The translations under genes were made by a program, and so were the position numbers. Of a stretch of 64,000 nucleotides of DNA, positions 1 to 12,143 are shown in pieces. The notes under the pieces were generated by a model. It saw only the letters and a list, made by a program, of their open reading frames with translations. It made no database searches and was not told the origin of the DNA. Position 1 is the stretch's first letter; every line of letters begins with the position of its first letter. The stretch comes from Nageia nagi (taxonomy: Eukaryota; Plantae; Pinophyta), in contig JBITNC010000001.1 of assembly GCA_050084985.1 (NCBI GenBank), positions 134,540,001 through 134,604,000 on the forward strand. The letters run 5' to 3'.

Positions 1-1330
1 CTACATATAAATAAAGAAATTTAAAAAACCATATAAATATTTACACTGCAATAGGAAAGGGAACTACACCTCCACAATATGTTACTCCTTTGATGTCTTT
101 TATATGGTGAAATGTTTTTCTACCTCTAAAATAAAGTTTATGAAATATCAAATGCAAGCATCCAACAGAAGTTTTAAAATATTCCAATGGTGGTGTTTTC
201 CAATGCAACCATAGACACATGCATGCATGCCACATCATAATGTCAGGTAAATCCATCGATGAATCATTATAATTAATATCCATCTATGAGAAGCCATACA
301 GAGTTAATGAGAAATGTGGAAAGCTATCCTCTGGCCAAATTCATTATGACCCTGGGCATTTATCATCTTTAAGTTGTATAGAGAATCGGTTGAAAAACTG
401 GTGGAACAAGCTAATATTGGTAATGGATGCTTGAATCTAGCTAAATTTGGTCCTAATTTGTCTAGCTTCATCAATTTTGTTGATTTGAGGTGTAAATGCC
501 TAAGATATATAGGAGAAACACCCAAATTATGTGGGTGAATTTGGCTGGAGGATAACCGCATCTATGAGAAATAGGTAAGTAGAAGTAGTTTTCAAATTAC
601 ATATGCGTGATCAACAATGGAATGTGTGAAATCCAAGTTCTTATTTACAATAGCAATTTAAGGAAAACCATCAAATCAACATCCTAAAATGATTCAAAGG
701 TCGACTTTCAACAAAATAAAATCTAAACCATTAATTCAAAATGTGGAGGCTCTTCCTAGGAAAGAAAATGCCTTCGATGTAATAATAAAATAAGAATAAG
801 TTATAAACTATCTTCTATTTGATTCTAAAATCTTATCCTGATTTGATGGGATTTTCCCTTAGCATGGTGGTTTCAAGTATTTATTTGAAATTGATTGCAA
901 TAAGATCTTAAATTACCTGCTTCACTGACTTCTCTAGTTTATGAATTATGAAAATAAAATAGTTTTTTATTTTATTTATAGTTTCTTGATGGCACATATT
1001 TCAAAGTAAAAATTTATTATTTATGAATGGTTTGTTATAAAGTGATGCTATGGATTGCTAATTTTAAAGCTTTTAAAACATTTAGTATAGAATACCATGT
1101 GTCGACGTATATGAAATAAATAAAAAAGATAATTCAAGAATGTCTAATATGGCTAATCAATTTAAAATACTTTAATATTTGATTAGAAAATCAAAGAAGC
1201 CCTCTTAGTTGGGCCAACTTTCGAGAGGTCCTTTGTCCTTAGGACTAAAAATAATTCAAGGTAACCCGTTTAGTATTTGCGGTAAAAGACTATTTAGTTA
1301 TAACAGTTTTAGAGGATGAGAAGATCTTAT
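1..1330. repeat. Segmental duplication block (3' flank of UGT copy 1), paralogous to ~49826-51246
   Basis: Collinear match, e.g. 'aaaaccatataaatatttaca', 'gccttcgatgtaataataaaataa' and 'gatgagaagatcttat' in both places. Homology resumes at ~2445-2790 vs ~51907-52320. Confidence 0.9.
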
Positions 1331-1337
1331 TTTCATT

Positions 1338-2240
1338 ACTCAAAATCAAAATTTTGCAAGTCTAAATGTGCTAGAAATCATCATTTTCACCTAATGGATG
1401 CCTCAAACTTTATTTTTGATGAATTTTGCACTTTTCCCTCTAAGTTAGGCTCCATTTTTCACTCTTGTGGATTTAGAAAAATTAAGGAAACTGTGCCTAG
1501 CTTTTAGGTGCTCAAAAATAGCTCAAATTCAAATTTTCCAAGACCTAGATGTGCTTAAAATCACCTTTTTGACCCAATAAACCCCTCAAACTTGTGTTTT
1601 GATCAAAATTTATTAATTTGTTTCATTCTAGGTGCTATTTTTGACTCCATTGAAATTCCATAGCCTTGAAAACCTACACCTAGCATTTAGGGTTCTCAAC
1701 AGTGCCCAAAATTGAAAATTTTGAGACCTAAATGTGCTTAAAATGATGTTTTCCTTGTTCCTAAGCATCTAAATTTGTTTTTCAACCAAAAAATGCTTCA
1801 TCTTGTCAATTTGGGCACCATTTTTCATGCCAATGGATTTGAAAAATTTAGAAACTTATGCCTAGGAATTTAGGTGTTTAAACTTGCTCTAAACCAAAAA
1901 TTTTAAGACCTAAAGTGCATTAAAACCATCATTCCCATCCATCTATGCATTTACATTTGACTTTCGATGCATTGCTACCATTTTATGATAATCTAGGTGC
2001 CAAAAATCATCATAGGCTTGGAAAATTGCACCTAGGATTTGACTGCCTTAGACTTGGTCAAAATCAAAAATTTCAAGTCTTAATTATGATAGAATTCATC
2101 TTATTTCTCCAATAATGCTCTTAGAATTGAATTTCGACATCATTTGCATTTATCTTTGAAAAACAAGCATCATTTTTCCCTCATTTGGATCTTTAATACC
2201 TTGGAAAAATGTGCTTAGTGCTAGGGGTACTCAAACTTGC
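1338..2240. repeat. Degenerate tandem repeat, about 5 units of ~170-183 bp
   Basis: Motif ~'tcaaaat(c/t)aaaatttt..agacctaaatgtgcttaaaat' recurs at ~1340, 1522, 1705, 1887 and 2058. Absent from the paralogous flank of copy 3. Confidence 0.75.
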
Positions 2241-2770
2241 ATTTCTGATCCATTTCAGACTCAAAATGTACATTTCTAACCACTCCCAGTGTTTTCAAAC
2301 TCAAATGCAACCAAAATGCTCTTTTTGACACCTTTGAGCTCAAACTTTGCATTTTTGATGATTTTTGAGCTCAAATGATGCAAAAATGACCATTTCCACC
2401 CTTCCAAGCTCAAATTTATCACTTTTAATCATTTTTAGCTTTTCCAAACCCAAAATAATATTACCAATACGTTAATTATTAAATTAAATAAATTATTATG
2501 AAAATTTGCTAAATAAAATCCGCCTCAAGGTACCTAGAAAGTAACTAAACACTTTAGTTGAAATGGTTGTACAATACTTTAACAAAATAATAACTAAATA
2601 TTTAAAAAAATAAAATTTTAATAAATAAATAGAAAATCAATATAAATCACAAACAAAAATAAAAAACGCTACTATAAACTTCAAATACCTGAATTGCCAC
2701 CTCTTAACATTGCAAATTATAATCATAAACAACCTGAAACTAAGATTATCCCAAATAACTATTATAAAAT

Positions 2771-4332
2771 TTATAGCATTAATTCCTGACCTGTAGGACC
2801 GTAGTTTGTCCTTTGGCGCATATACTGGATGAATGCCTCCAAGTTCTGAAAGGAAGAACCTCCGGCCATCACCGCCTTACCTGCCGCCTCCTTCAATTTA
2901 CGGGAGGTGTTCCTGGCCTCCTTCCCTTCCTCACTTTGCATCAATCTTCTCACTGCACTCTCTATCTCCTCCCTCCTCACCAATCTCTCGTCCTCCACGT
3001 CCAAATCACTGAAATCCATACCAATCTTCCAAATATCTTTTGCAAATCTGCAGTTGAGAGATTGGTCGCCGAAATAAGGCCAACCCAACATTGGTACTCC
3101 CATGCTTATGCTCTCCAGCGTTGAATTCCATCCACTGTGAGTCAGAAATCCTCCCACAGAAGGGTGTGAAAGCACCTTCATCTGCGGTGCCCAACTCACA
3201 AACAGTGCTCGATCCTTAGTTCGTTGATTGAAATCCTCCTGCAAAGCAGCAGATTCTCCATGAGCCAGATCTGAACGGAGTACCCACAGGAAGGGCTGCC
3301 CGCTTGCTTCCAGCCCCAACGCCATTTCTTCCAACTGCTGTTGGGACTTGACCGCCAGACTGCCAAAGGAAACGTACACAACAGAACCCAGAGGGTGCGT
3401 GTCAAGCCACTTCAGACAGCTCTCGTCTTCCTCCCACATACTGCTTTGGACGGATTCATTTGTTCCTAGAAAGAAACCGGGCAGAAATACAGGACCTATG
3501 GCTACTGCTGGGCACCCGTTCACGGAAAGCGCCGCTGCGGCTTCTCTCCCTTCTAGTTCTTCAAAGGTGTTGATGAGGACATAGTCAACCCCTTTATTCG
3601 CCATTTCAGATTCATACAGAAGGCACTTGAATATGACTCCCGACGCGTGCTGTTCACGGAAGGAGGAATTTAAATCGATGGGCAATAAGGGTGGTATATT
3701 CCCCGGGAGACTCCTTATGACTCTATCCCTACATCTCCTCGCATCTGAAACCATAAGAATAATCAGTTGCTAACTTCCTATGTTTATGCGATGAAAAGGT
3801 GCCAAAGGAATAATATAGTACCTTTCACTGGAATGTGTCCCTCCAAAAGTAGCAAATGAGCGTATTTATGTGAGATGGAGAAGGCAGCGCAAACAGGCCA
3901 GAAGATAACCCGTGGCACTCCCATATTAATGGCCACGAAATGCGTACAAGACATGAAAGCGTCAGAGATGATACATGTGATGGGAGGAATGGTGCGTTCC
4001 TCCACAGCAGAGCGTAACTTACCTTCCAACGTGAAAGGCCCACAGTGCTGCAATGCTGCAAATAGTTCGTCCCAATTGTTGGTCCGACCGTGCGCAGCGG
4101 GCAAGCCGTCTGGAAAAGCCAAAAATCTGAAATTGGCACGTCGGGAAGCATGCTCTGCAGATCCAAAAATGAGTTTGTGGCTCCATTCGGTGTTGAGGAA
4201 GGTGATGCAATGGAATCCTCTGGTGAGAAGCAGCTCAGAGAAAGTGGTGAGAGCCTTGATGTGACCCTGCGCAGGAAACGGCACCACAACGGCATGCAGA
4301 GTATGGGTATGAATGTCTGGGTGGTTCGCCAT
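2771..4332 (-). CDS. Family-1 UDP-glycosyltransferase (UGT85/group-G-like), copy 1, intact; join(complement 3822..4332, 2771..3744), ~494 aa
   Basis: N-terminal HAVVVPFPAQGH (catalytic His24) and CIISDAFM (catalytic Asp). Full PSPG box WAPQMKVLSHPSVGGFLTHSGWNSTLESISMGVPMLGWPYFGDQ. A 77-bp phase-1 intron (3745-3821) with GT...TTTCAG joins the exons in frame (511+974 nt). Confidence 0.95.
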
Positions 4333-4409
4333 TGTTACTGTGGCGTCTCTTTGGTTATGATAAGCCTCACACGGACACCAAGTCTGGATAAGGATTTGAG
4401 GTCTTATAT

Positions 4410-4416
4410 ATTTATA
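4410..4416 (-). promoter_or_regulatory. TATA box of UGT copy 1
   Basis: TATAAAT ~78 nt upstream of the ATG. An equivalent motif lies upstream of copy 2 (24350-24356) and the copy-4 remnant (32791-32796). Confidence 0.6.
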
Positions 4417-5114
4417 GGTACATAGCCAACAAAACATTGGCTAAATAGCTTGTTCAGACGATCAGTTACTAAATAATAGAGCTTGAGAGACCAACTTGAT
4501 CAGTGCAATAATAGTTCGTTTACCTTTATTGTTTAATTACGCCCAAGGCGTTTAATTTCCAAAAAACAGCCTTCGCTTAGAAGATCTACGGTTGGACGTC
4601 TCTCGCACGCGAACGACGCTTTATCGAATGCGAGTCGTCGATTTTACGACTTCAGAAAGGAACCCCTGTAATATACAACGGATGCCACGTATTCTCGCTG
4701 GAGTCACGTATGAGGCGTGGCAATTTTATACCGCTCCCACCGATAAATCTCTACACCCCCCGATCTCCCTTCATGTTCTAAATGATGGATTTGAATCGCC
4801 GAAGTGAATAACATAATATACATAGAAGGGAATATCGATAAACAGAGGAAACAGAATGATTAATATATTCTGGAGCTGAAGTTGCCTGATTTTATCAAGT
4901 GAATATAAGTGTAGCATTTTATATAAATTTCCATTTGTGCTTACGAACGTTAGAGTTTAGAATAAAATGTATAGTATTTAAAATATATTTTCCTGCCCTT
5001 GTACAGAACATCATAGGTGCACATATTATGAGAAGGAAGACAAGAGACAAGTTATTTTAAACCCGTAAGGTGGTTGTTATTTTTATGTGCGTAGAATCAA
5101 ATTTGCATTCATTG

Positions 5115-5536
5115 TGGTAAGATTTGAAGCTTTAGTTAATTATTTGTTTTGATTTGTTTAGATTGTAAGAGATTGCACTTAGAACTAAATAAGGGTACAA
5201 ATAGTGGATTTTTATTGGGATTGATTATCTCCACTGATATCTCATGCATTTTGAGATTAGATTATTATGGGTTGTAGGAACAAATGAGAGACTTGTGTGT
5301 GAGGTTACATTGTATTCCATAGAGGAAGTTTGTAGCTGTTTTGCTGTAGAAGGATTCCTTTAGAGGATAATACAAAGAGGACTAGATAATTCTATGGAGA
5401 CGTAGTCCACTCTGGCTGAACCTCGATATATGTTGTGTTTACTCATTTGTGTGTTGGTTTTTGTCTTAAATGCTTTGGAATTCTTTCTGTAATTTTGCTC
5501 AAAATTATTTTCTATTATTAATCTATTAACCCAACA
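5115..5536 (+). repeat. 5' LTR of copia element 1
   Basis: Matches 9580-10018 (~28 mismatches over the last 316 bp by eye, ~91%). Followed by the PBS. Confidence 0.93.
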
Positions 5537-5602
5537 ATTGGTATCAAAGCATTTTTTTGTTGGGTCCTTAGAAACAGGGAGGATAAGTTTCGAGTGGGAG
5601 TA

Positions 5603-8600
5603 ATGGCAGAGGATTCAAAGTTCCAAGTAGACAAGTTCAATGGCCAGAACTTTGCATTGTGAAAAATGCAAATTGAAGATTATTTATTACTAAAAGATTT
5701 GTATCTTCCTTTGGGTGGAAAAATAAAGCAACCGTCTGGTATGACAGATGAGGCCTAGGAGCTGCTAGACAGAAAGGCCTTGGGGACAATACACTTGTGC
5801 TTAAGAAGCTACGTGGCTTTCAACATCTCAAAGGAGAAAACAACAAAAGATGTAATGGATGTCCTTACCATGTTGTATGAAAAACTTTTTGCATCCAATA
5901 AAACTTTCTTGATGAAAAAGGTATTCAATATGTAAATGAATGAAGGTGAGTTCGTGCAGGATCATCTTATTAATTTTAATGAGGTAACAAACCAATTATG
6001 CTCTGTTAAAATTGAATTTGATGATGAGGTCATAGCTCTGCTTATTTTATGCTCTTTGTCAGATAGCTAGAATAGTCTAATTATGGCAGTTAGTAATTTT
6101 GCATCTAGTTCTAATAAACTAGTATTTGATGATGTTGTTGGAGTAATTCTGAATGAGCATATGCGAAAAAAATCTTCAAGTGAATCAATTTCATTAGTTG
6201 CATTAACAATGGAGAACAAAATGAGAGGGGTAGAAGTCCAAGCAAAGGAAGATCAAATTCAAAAGGGAAAAGCAATGCAAAGTGTTGGTACTGTAATAAG
6301 AAAGGGCACACAAAAAAGGAGTGTTGGAAAAGGAAAAATGTTGAACAAAGGGATGAAGAGAGTCAAGGTAATCATTAAGAAAATATTGCAGGTGAAATTC
6401 CAAAGAATGCCTTAATTTTATCATTATATAATAATAGTAATTGTTAGGTAATAAAATCTGAAGCCTCTTATCATGCTACATCTCATTGTGAATATTTTTT
6501 TGAGAATGTCGAAGGTGATTATGGATAGTTGCTATTGGGAGATGACCATTCGTGTAGGATTGTTGGCATGGGCAAAATCAAAATAAAGTTATCAAGTGGA
6601 AATCAATTGATGTTAAATGATGTTCGATAAATTCCTGAACTCGAGAAATTTAGTTTCAACCAACAAACTTGACAAAGAAGGATATTTCACTGGATTCGAA
6701 GACCATTCCTTGAACATCATCAAAGGATCATTAATGGTAGCTAAGGGTAATATGATTGGTACTTTATATATACTTGCTAACACTTCTATTTGTACAATGA
6801 ATTTAATGGCTACATGAGAGAATGTTGAGTTATGGCATTATAGATTGGGCCACATGAGTGAAAAGAGAATGGAGACTTTTTATTCAAGAAAGTTGCTACC
6901 AAAGCTTAAAGAAGTTGATTTAGGATTTTGTAAGAATTGTGTCTACGGTAAGTAGAAAAGGATGAGATTTTTGAAAATTAGAAAGAGCAAGAAAAAAGAA
7001 AAGTTGGAGTTGGTGCACAGTGATGTGTAGAGACTAGCCCAAGTAACATCTCTTAATGGTTATAATTATTATGTTACCTTTATTGATGATGCTACTTGTA
7101 AGACATGGATTTATTGCATAAGGAACAAATATGATATTTTTGATACATTTCAGAAATGGAAAGCATTAGTTGAAAATGAAAATGGAAATAAGGTAAAGTG
7201 TTTGAAATTAGATAATGGTGGTGAGTACTGTTCAAATGAGTTTGATAATTATTGCTCTTTAAATGGTATAAGGATTAAGGTTATACTCAAAACACCTTAA
7301 GAGAATGGGGTTTCTAAGAGGGTGAATATGATAATCCTTGAGCATGCTAGATGCCTTAAATTGCATGCAGGTTTACCATTATTCCTTTGGGCATATTGTA
7401 TTGACATTGCAATTTACTTGATAAACAAAGGGTCATCAAGTGCATTGGATGGAGGCATTCCAGAGGAGCTATGGAGTGGTAATACTTGTAATTATTCTTT
7501 CTTGAGAGTTCTTGGTTGTGAAGCTTTTGCCCACATAGATAAAGAAAATAGAAATAAGTTAAATGAAAAATTTCAAAAATGTTATTTCATTGGTTATGGA
7601 GTTGATGGATTGGGTTACATGTTATGAGATAGTATTAACTATAGAATCATCAAAAGCAGGGATGTTGTATTTAATAAAAATAATTTGTATAAAGATAGAA
7701 ATTTGCAAGTCAAATAAGAAGAAAAATTAGAAACCATTGAGTTTGATGTGGATACAAATATGTTTAAATTGCATGAAGTTGTCTAGGAATAAGAGCCACA
7801 AACTCTAAAATAAGATGATCAACAACAATAGCAACAAGTACATCCATCTCTTGTAGGTGTTGTTAGAAAATCTACTAGGACAAATGTCAACAAGGGTAAG
7901 TAAGTTACCAGAACATTATCATCTTGCACTTCATTATATATTATATATTGATGCTGGTGGGCCAGAATGCTTGGATGAAGCTTTATAGATGAGTACCAGC
8001 AAGAAGTGGGAGTTGGCAATGAATGAGAAAATGGAGTCTCTTCTTCATAACCAAACTTGGAACTTGGTTGAGCTACTTGCAAGAAAAAGGGCACTACACA
8101 ACAAATGTGTGTACATGATCAAAGAAGAGGTGGATGGAAGTAAGAGGTATAAGGCTAGAATTGTAGTAAAAGGTTTTGCCCAAAAGAAAGGTATTGATTA
8201 TGATGAGATTTTCTCACTAGTCATTAAAATGACATCTATAAGGACTATTTTAAATTTAGTTCCTACTGAAAATTTGTATTTGGAACAACTTGATGTAAAA
8301 ATAGCTTTCTTTCATGGTGATTTGGAGGAGGAAATTTACATGCAACAACCAGAAGGTTATGAGGTAAAAGGTAAGGAAAATCTTGTTTGTAAATTGAAGA
8401 AGAGTCTATATGGCTCAACTAGGCACTAAGGAAGTGGTACAAGAGGTTTGATGGCTTTATGAAGGAAAATGATTTTAGTAGATGTCAATCAGATCATCAT
8501 GTTTATTTTAGGAAGAATAGTGATGGTGATTTTATTATTTTATTATTGTATGTAGATGACATGCTTGTTGCAGGGTCTAACCCGCAGAACATTAATACTA

Positions 8601-9510
8601 TGAAAAAGAAATTAGAAAACACATTTTCCATGAAGGATTTGGGAGTTGGAAAAAAATCCTTGGAATGAAAATAATAAGAAACAGGAAAAATAATTTGCTA
8701 AAGCTATCACAAGAAGACTATGTTGAGAAGATGTTGTAGAGATTTAGCATAGTTAATGCAAAACCAGTAAGCACACCATTAGAAAAGCATTTTAAGCTGA
8801 GCAAGAATTTATGTCCAAAAACACATGATGAAAAGAACTATATGGAAAGGGTTCCCTATGTTTCTCTAATGGGAAGCTTGATGTATGCAATGATTTGCAC
8901 AAGATTAGACATACCCCAAGCAGTGGGAGTTGTTAGCAGGTTCATAAACAATCTAGGAAAGGAGAATTGGCAAGTTGTCAACTGTATATTTAGGTATTTG
9001 AGGGGCACTTCTATATATTATTTAAATTTAGGAGATAGTAATGTAAGTTTGTAAGGTTTTTTATACTCTAATATGGTAGGAGATCTTGATGGAGGAAGGA
9101 CCACAACAAGGTATGTTTTCATAGTAGGTGGTGGAGCATTGAGTTGGATTTCAAAACTCCAACCAATAATGGCTCTTTCAACAACAAAAGTTGAGCACAT
9201 TGCAATAACATAAGGAAGCAAGGAGATGATATGGTTGCAAGGGCTTTTGGAAGTGTTGGGGAGAAAGTAATATGATAATACATTATGGAGTGATAGCTAG
9301 ACTGCTATCCACCTAGCAAAGAACTCAACCTTCCATTCTAGAACCAAACACATTCAACTGAGATACCACTTCATTTGTTCTATATTGGAAGATGGATATT
9401 TGAATCTTGGGAAGATTCATAATTCTAAGAATGCTGCAGACATTTTAACTAAAGTTATCTCAAAGGAGAAGTTGACCATTTGCTCTACTTTGATTAGTAT
9501 TAATGTTTAG
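5603..9510 (+). pseudogene. Copia gag-pol polyprotein, many stops and frameshifts
   Basis: Starts MAEDSKFQVDKFNGQNF. Integrase (WHYRLGHMSEK, DNGGEY), RT (KARIVVKGFAQKKGIDYDEIF, QLDVK, LLLYVDDML) and RNase H (FHSRTKHIQLRYHF) motifs. Confidence 0.93.
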
Positions 9511-9579
9511 ATCAATGGTATGAATATCCAGTCCTAGGTTATAGGGTTGTTGCAGCATCTCAGTATCCATGTGGGAGAT

Positions 9580-10018
9580 TGATAAGATTTGGAGTCTAAG
9601 TTAACTATTTGTTCTAATTAGGGAACTAAAATTAGATGGATGATAATTTGTTTAGATTGCAAGAGAACTAAATAGGGGAAAAATACTAGATCTTGATTGA
9701 GATTGATTATCTCCACAGATATCTCATGCATTTTGAGATTAGCTTATTTTGGGTTGTAGGAATAGATGAGAGACTTGTGTGTGAGGTTCCATTGTATTTC
9801 ATAGAGAAAGTTTGCAGCTATTTTGTTGTAGGAGGATCCCTTTGGAGGATAATACAAAGAGGACTGGATAATTCTGTGAGGACGTAGCCCACTCTAGGTG
9901 AACCTCAATATATGATGTGTCTACTCATTTATGTGTTGGTTTTTGTTTTGAATGCTTTAGAATTCTTTCTGTAATTTTGCTCAAAATTATTTTCTATTAT
10001 TAATCTATTAACCCAACA
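9580..10018 (+). repeat. 3' LTR of copia element 1
   Basis: Follows GTGGGAGAT polypurine tract, ends ...ACCCAACA and is followed by the TSD. Confidence 0.93.
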
Positions 10019-12143
10019 CATTGTTGCGATTTTGAAAAGGTAGTGGAGTATTTGGTGTACATTACCTACTCATTTTAAAGTATGTTCAATACTATTGAAA
10101 TATATATTGTGATGTATTTAAATGACAATGCTTTGTTGAATTTTCTCTACAGTTGTTTCACTGTTTGCAAATATATATTAGCAGAGGTATAAATAGGAAT
10201 AAAAAACCAACCAATGGATTTATTACTTGAAATTTATGCATATCTTTTCCAAGAAATCATGTAGAACTTTGTTGTAGTGAATGTATCTAAGGCAAATGTT
10301 CATACAATAGTAGAAAGCAAACTCATAACAGAAGATAATTTCCATATTGTGAGTCAGATATTAAATTGACATGCTAGAGAAATGAATTTGGAATGAAGAA
10401 GGACAATTTAGTTGATTTCTTCATGTTAGAAATAATTACTTTTTATTTAAACGTAGATTCTGTAGGAAATGCATGAACACCTTCCTTTAGTGAGGATATA
10501 AAGAAAAATGTTCAAACAATAAATAAAAACATAGAACTTATAAACTATAAACATGGTTCAAAAGAATAATAAAAAATTGAAAAATAGTAGACAATTCTTA
10601 AATTATTATGGATTAGATTTTAAATAGACATGTAGAATAAATAAATTTGGAATGGAGGAGGATATTATGATTGATTCCATCATGTTAGATATAATTTTAG
10701 AATATATACTTCAAAAATGTACACACAATAATGGAATGTGTAAAAAAAGTTTGAGATGATCATCAAAACAAATGGTTTAAGAGAAGATATTTCTCAATTT
10801 ATGAGCCAAATATTAAATAAACATATTGGGGAAATGAATACTATCTTAAGATAAGGTTTATATCAAATTTGAAAGTTATTTTTTCTGTGATATTTATAAT
10901 ATACATAATCGTGCATCATACAATAAAAATTAGGTATTACAACCTTATGCAATGGGTATGCTGTAGATTATTAATTACACTCTCTCATTTTAAGCATTAT
11001 TTTTTTATTAAAAGAGATAGCATAATCAAAATATTTAATTAATATGTATTTAATTAATAAATAAATAAGTTTCCAACAAGTCATTCAAAATTCAATTATT
11101 TTTTAATAGGGAAACAAAAATTAGGTTCCTTGGAAGTAGTCGAGTTGAAATCTTTGTCTTGGACATCATTTTCTCTTCCCCCAACTCGATCTCTTCATCC
11201 TCAGCAATTTCCATCTCCTTCTCTTCATATGCAGAAACCCTTATGATAGGTTAGCACAAGAAGTTGCTCTTCCACCATACCTACTAGCTTTTTGGAGCCA
11301 TGGAGTAGCCCAGGAGAAGTGCAATGACTTATCTCTAAAATGCATACAATCAACAGTAGATTCTAAGATATCTTGAAAAAATAAGAAAATAAAAACTATA
11401 AAAGAAAACTATTGAGAGAATGAGGTACCCCTGTTAGTAGTATTCTACTCTTCTGTAGGAAATTTAGCAACTAGATGGAAGGAGAGATGGGAGTTGAGAT
11501 TAGAAATGGTAAGAGGAAAGTTAAATAATCGATGTAGAAGTGGTATGATGTAGTGATTTATGAGTTGATGGTGATGACTAAAGGAGCACCCTACTGGCAA
11601 GGGTGCTTTTTAAACCTCATTGATTTTACTATCAGTGTAGAAGTGGAAACCATTACACTATTCTACAACTTAATTATTGAGGGAAGCTATGTGGCATCTC
11701 ATCTAATTTGCACTTGACACGTTCTAAAGTTCTAATTCCTAGAAAGTGACTGATAGTAGTATTAATCATGGTTTGATATTAACAAACTTAGACTACATGC
11801 ATGACTTTTGCATTTCTCACTCCCTTCATTAATCCTAATAAAGCTAATAGCAAAGTACACATCAGAGTTGTTCTACTCTCTTTATGTCAAAGTACCTCGT
11901 TACTTATAAGCCTACTAAAATAATTTAACATTTGTTAAATGTCCTTTGTTTACTTCCAATATTTCTCCTTTTATTTTTGTGATTCACATTATTTCATCTC
12001 CAACACTTTACTCTCCAATAGTAGAAGATTCCTAAAAAATGATGTCGACAAGCAACAACATCAAGTATAATCATATAAATATTAATAACAACACTTTTTT
12101 TTTTGAAAAATAAAATGATGAAATTGGTTCACATTAATTTGCA

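Larger units (their letters stand above)
5115..10018 (+). mobile_element. Full-length decayed Ty1/copia LTR retrotransposon
   Basis: LTRs 5115-5536 and 9580-10018 (TG...CA). 5-bp TSD CATTG at 5110-5114 and 10019-10023. PBS TGGTATCAAAGC (tRNA-iMet type) at 5539-5550 and PPT before 9580. Internal order is gag-PR-IN-RT-RH. Confidence 0.96.

Noticed and set aside
41-561. Protein-like minus-strand ORFs shared with 49760-50487
   Set aside because: Frames and stops differ between the two duplicates and I recognise no domain. May be an old relic but cannot be supported.
2813-4425. Multiple overlapping sense/antisense ORFs over the UGT exons (also at 22676-24331 and 52194-53903)
   Set aside because: Shadow frames of GC-richer coding DNA. 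They recur only because the UGT is duplicated and have no recognisable domains.
4333-4437. N-terminal extensions of the exon-1 ORFs (also 24266-24493)
   Set aside because: They run through the TATA box, are not conserved between copies, and paralog homology starts at MANH/MMNR.
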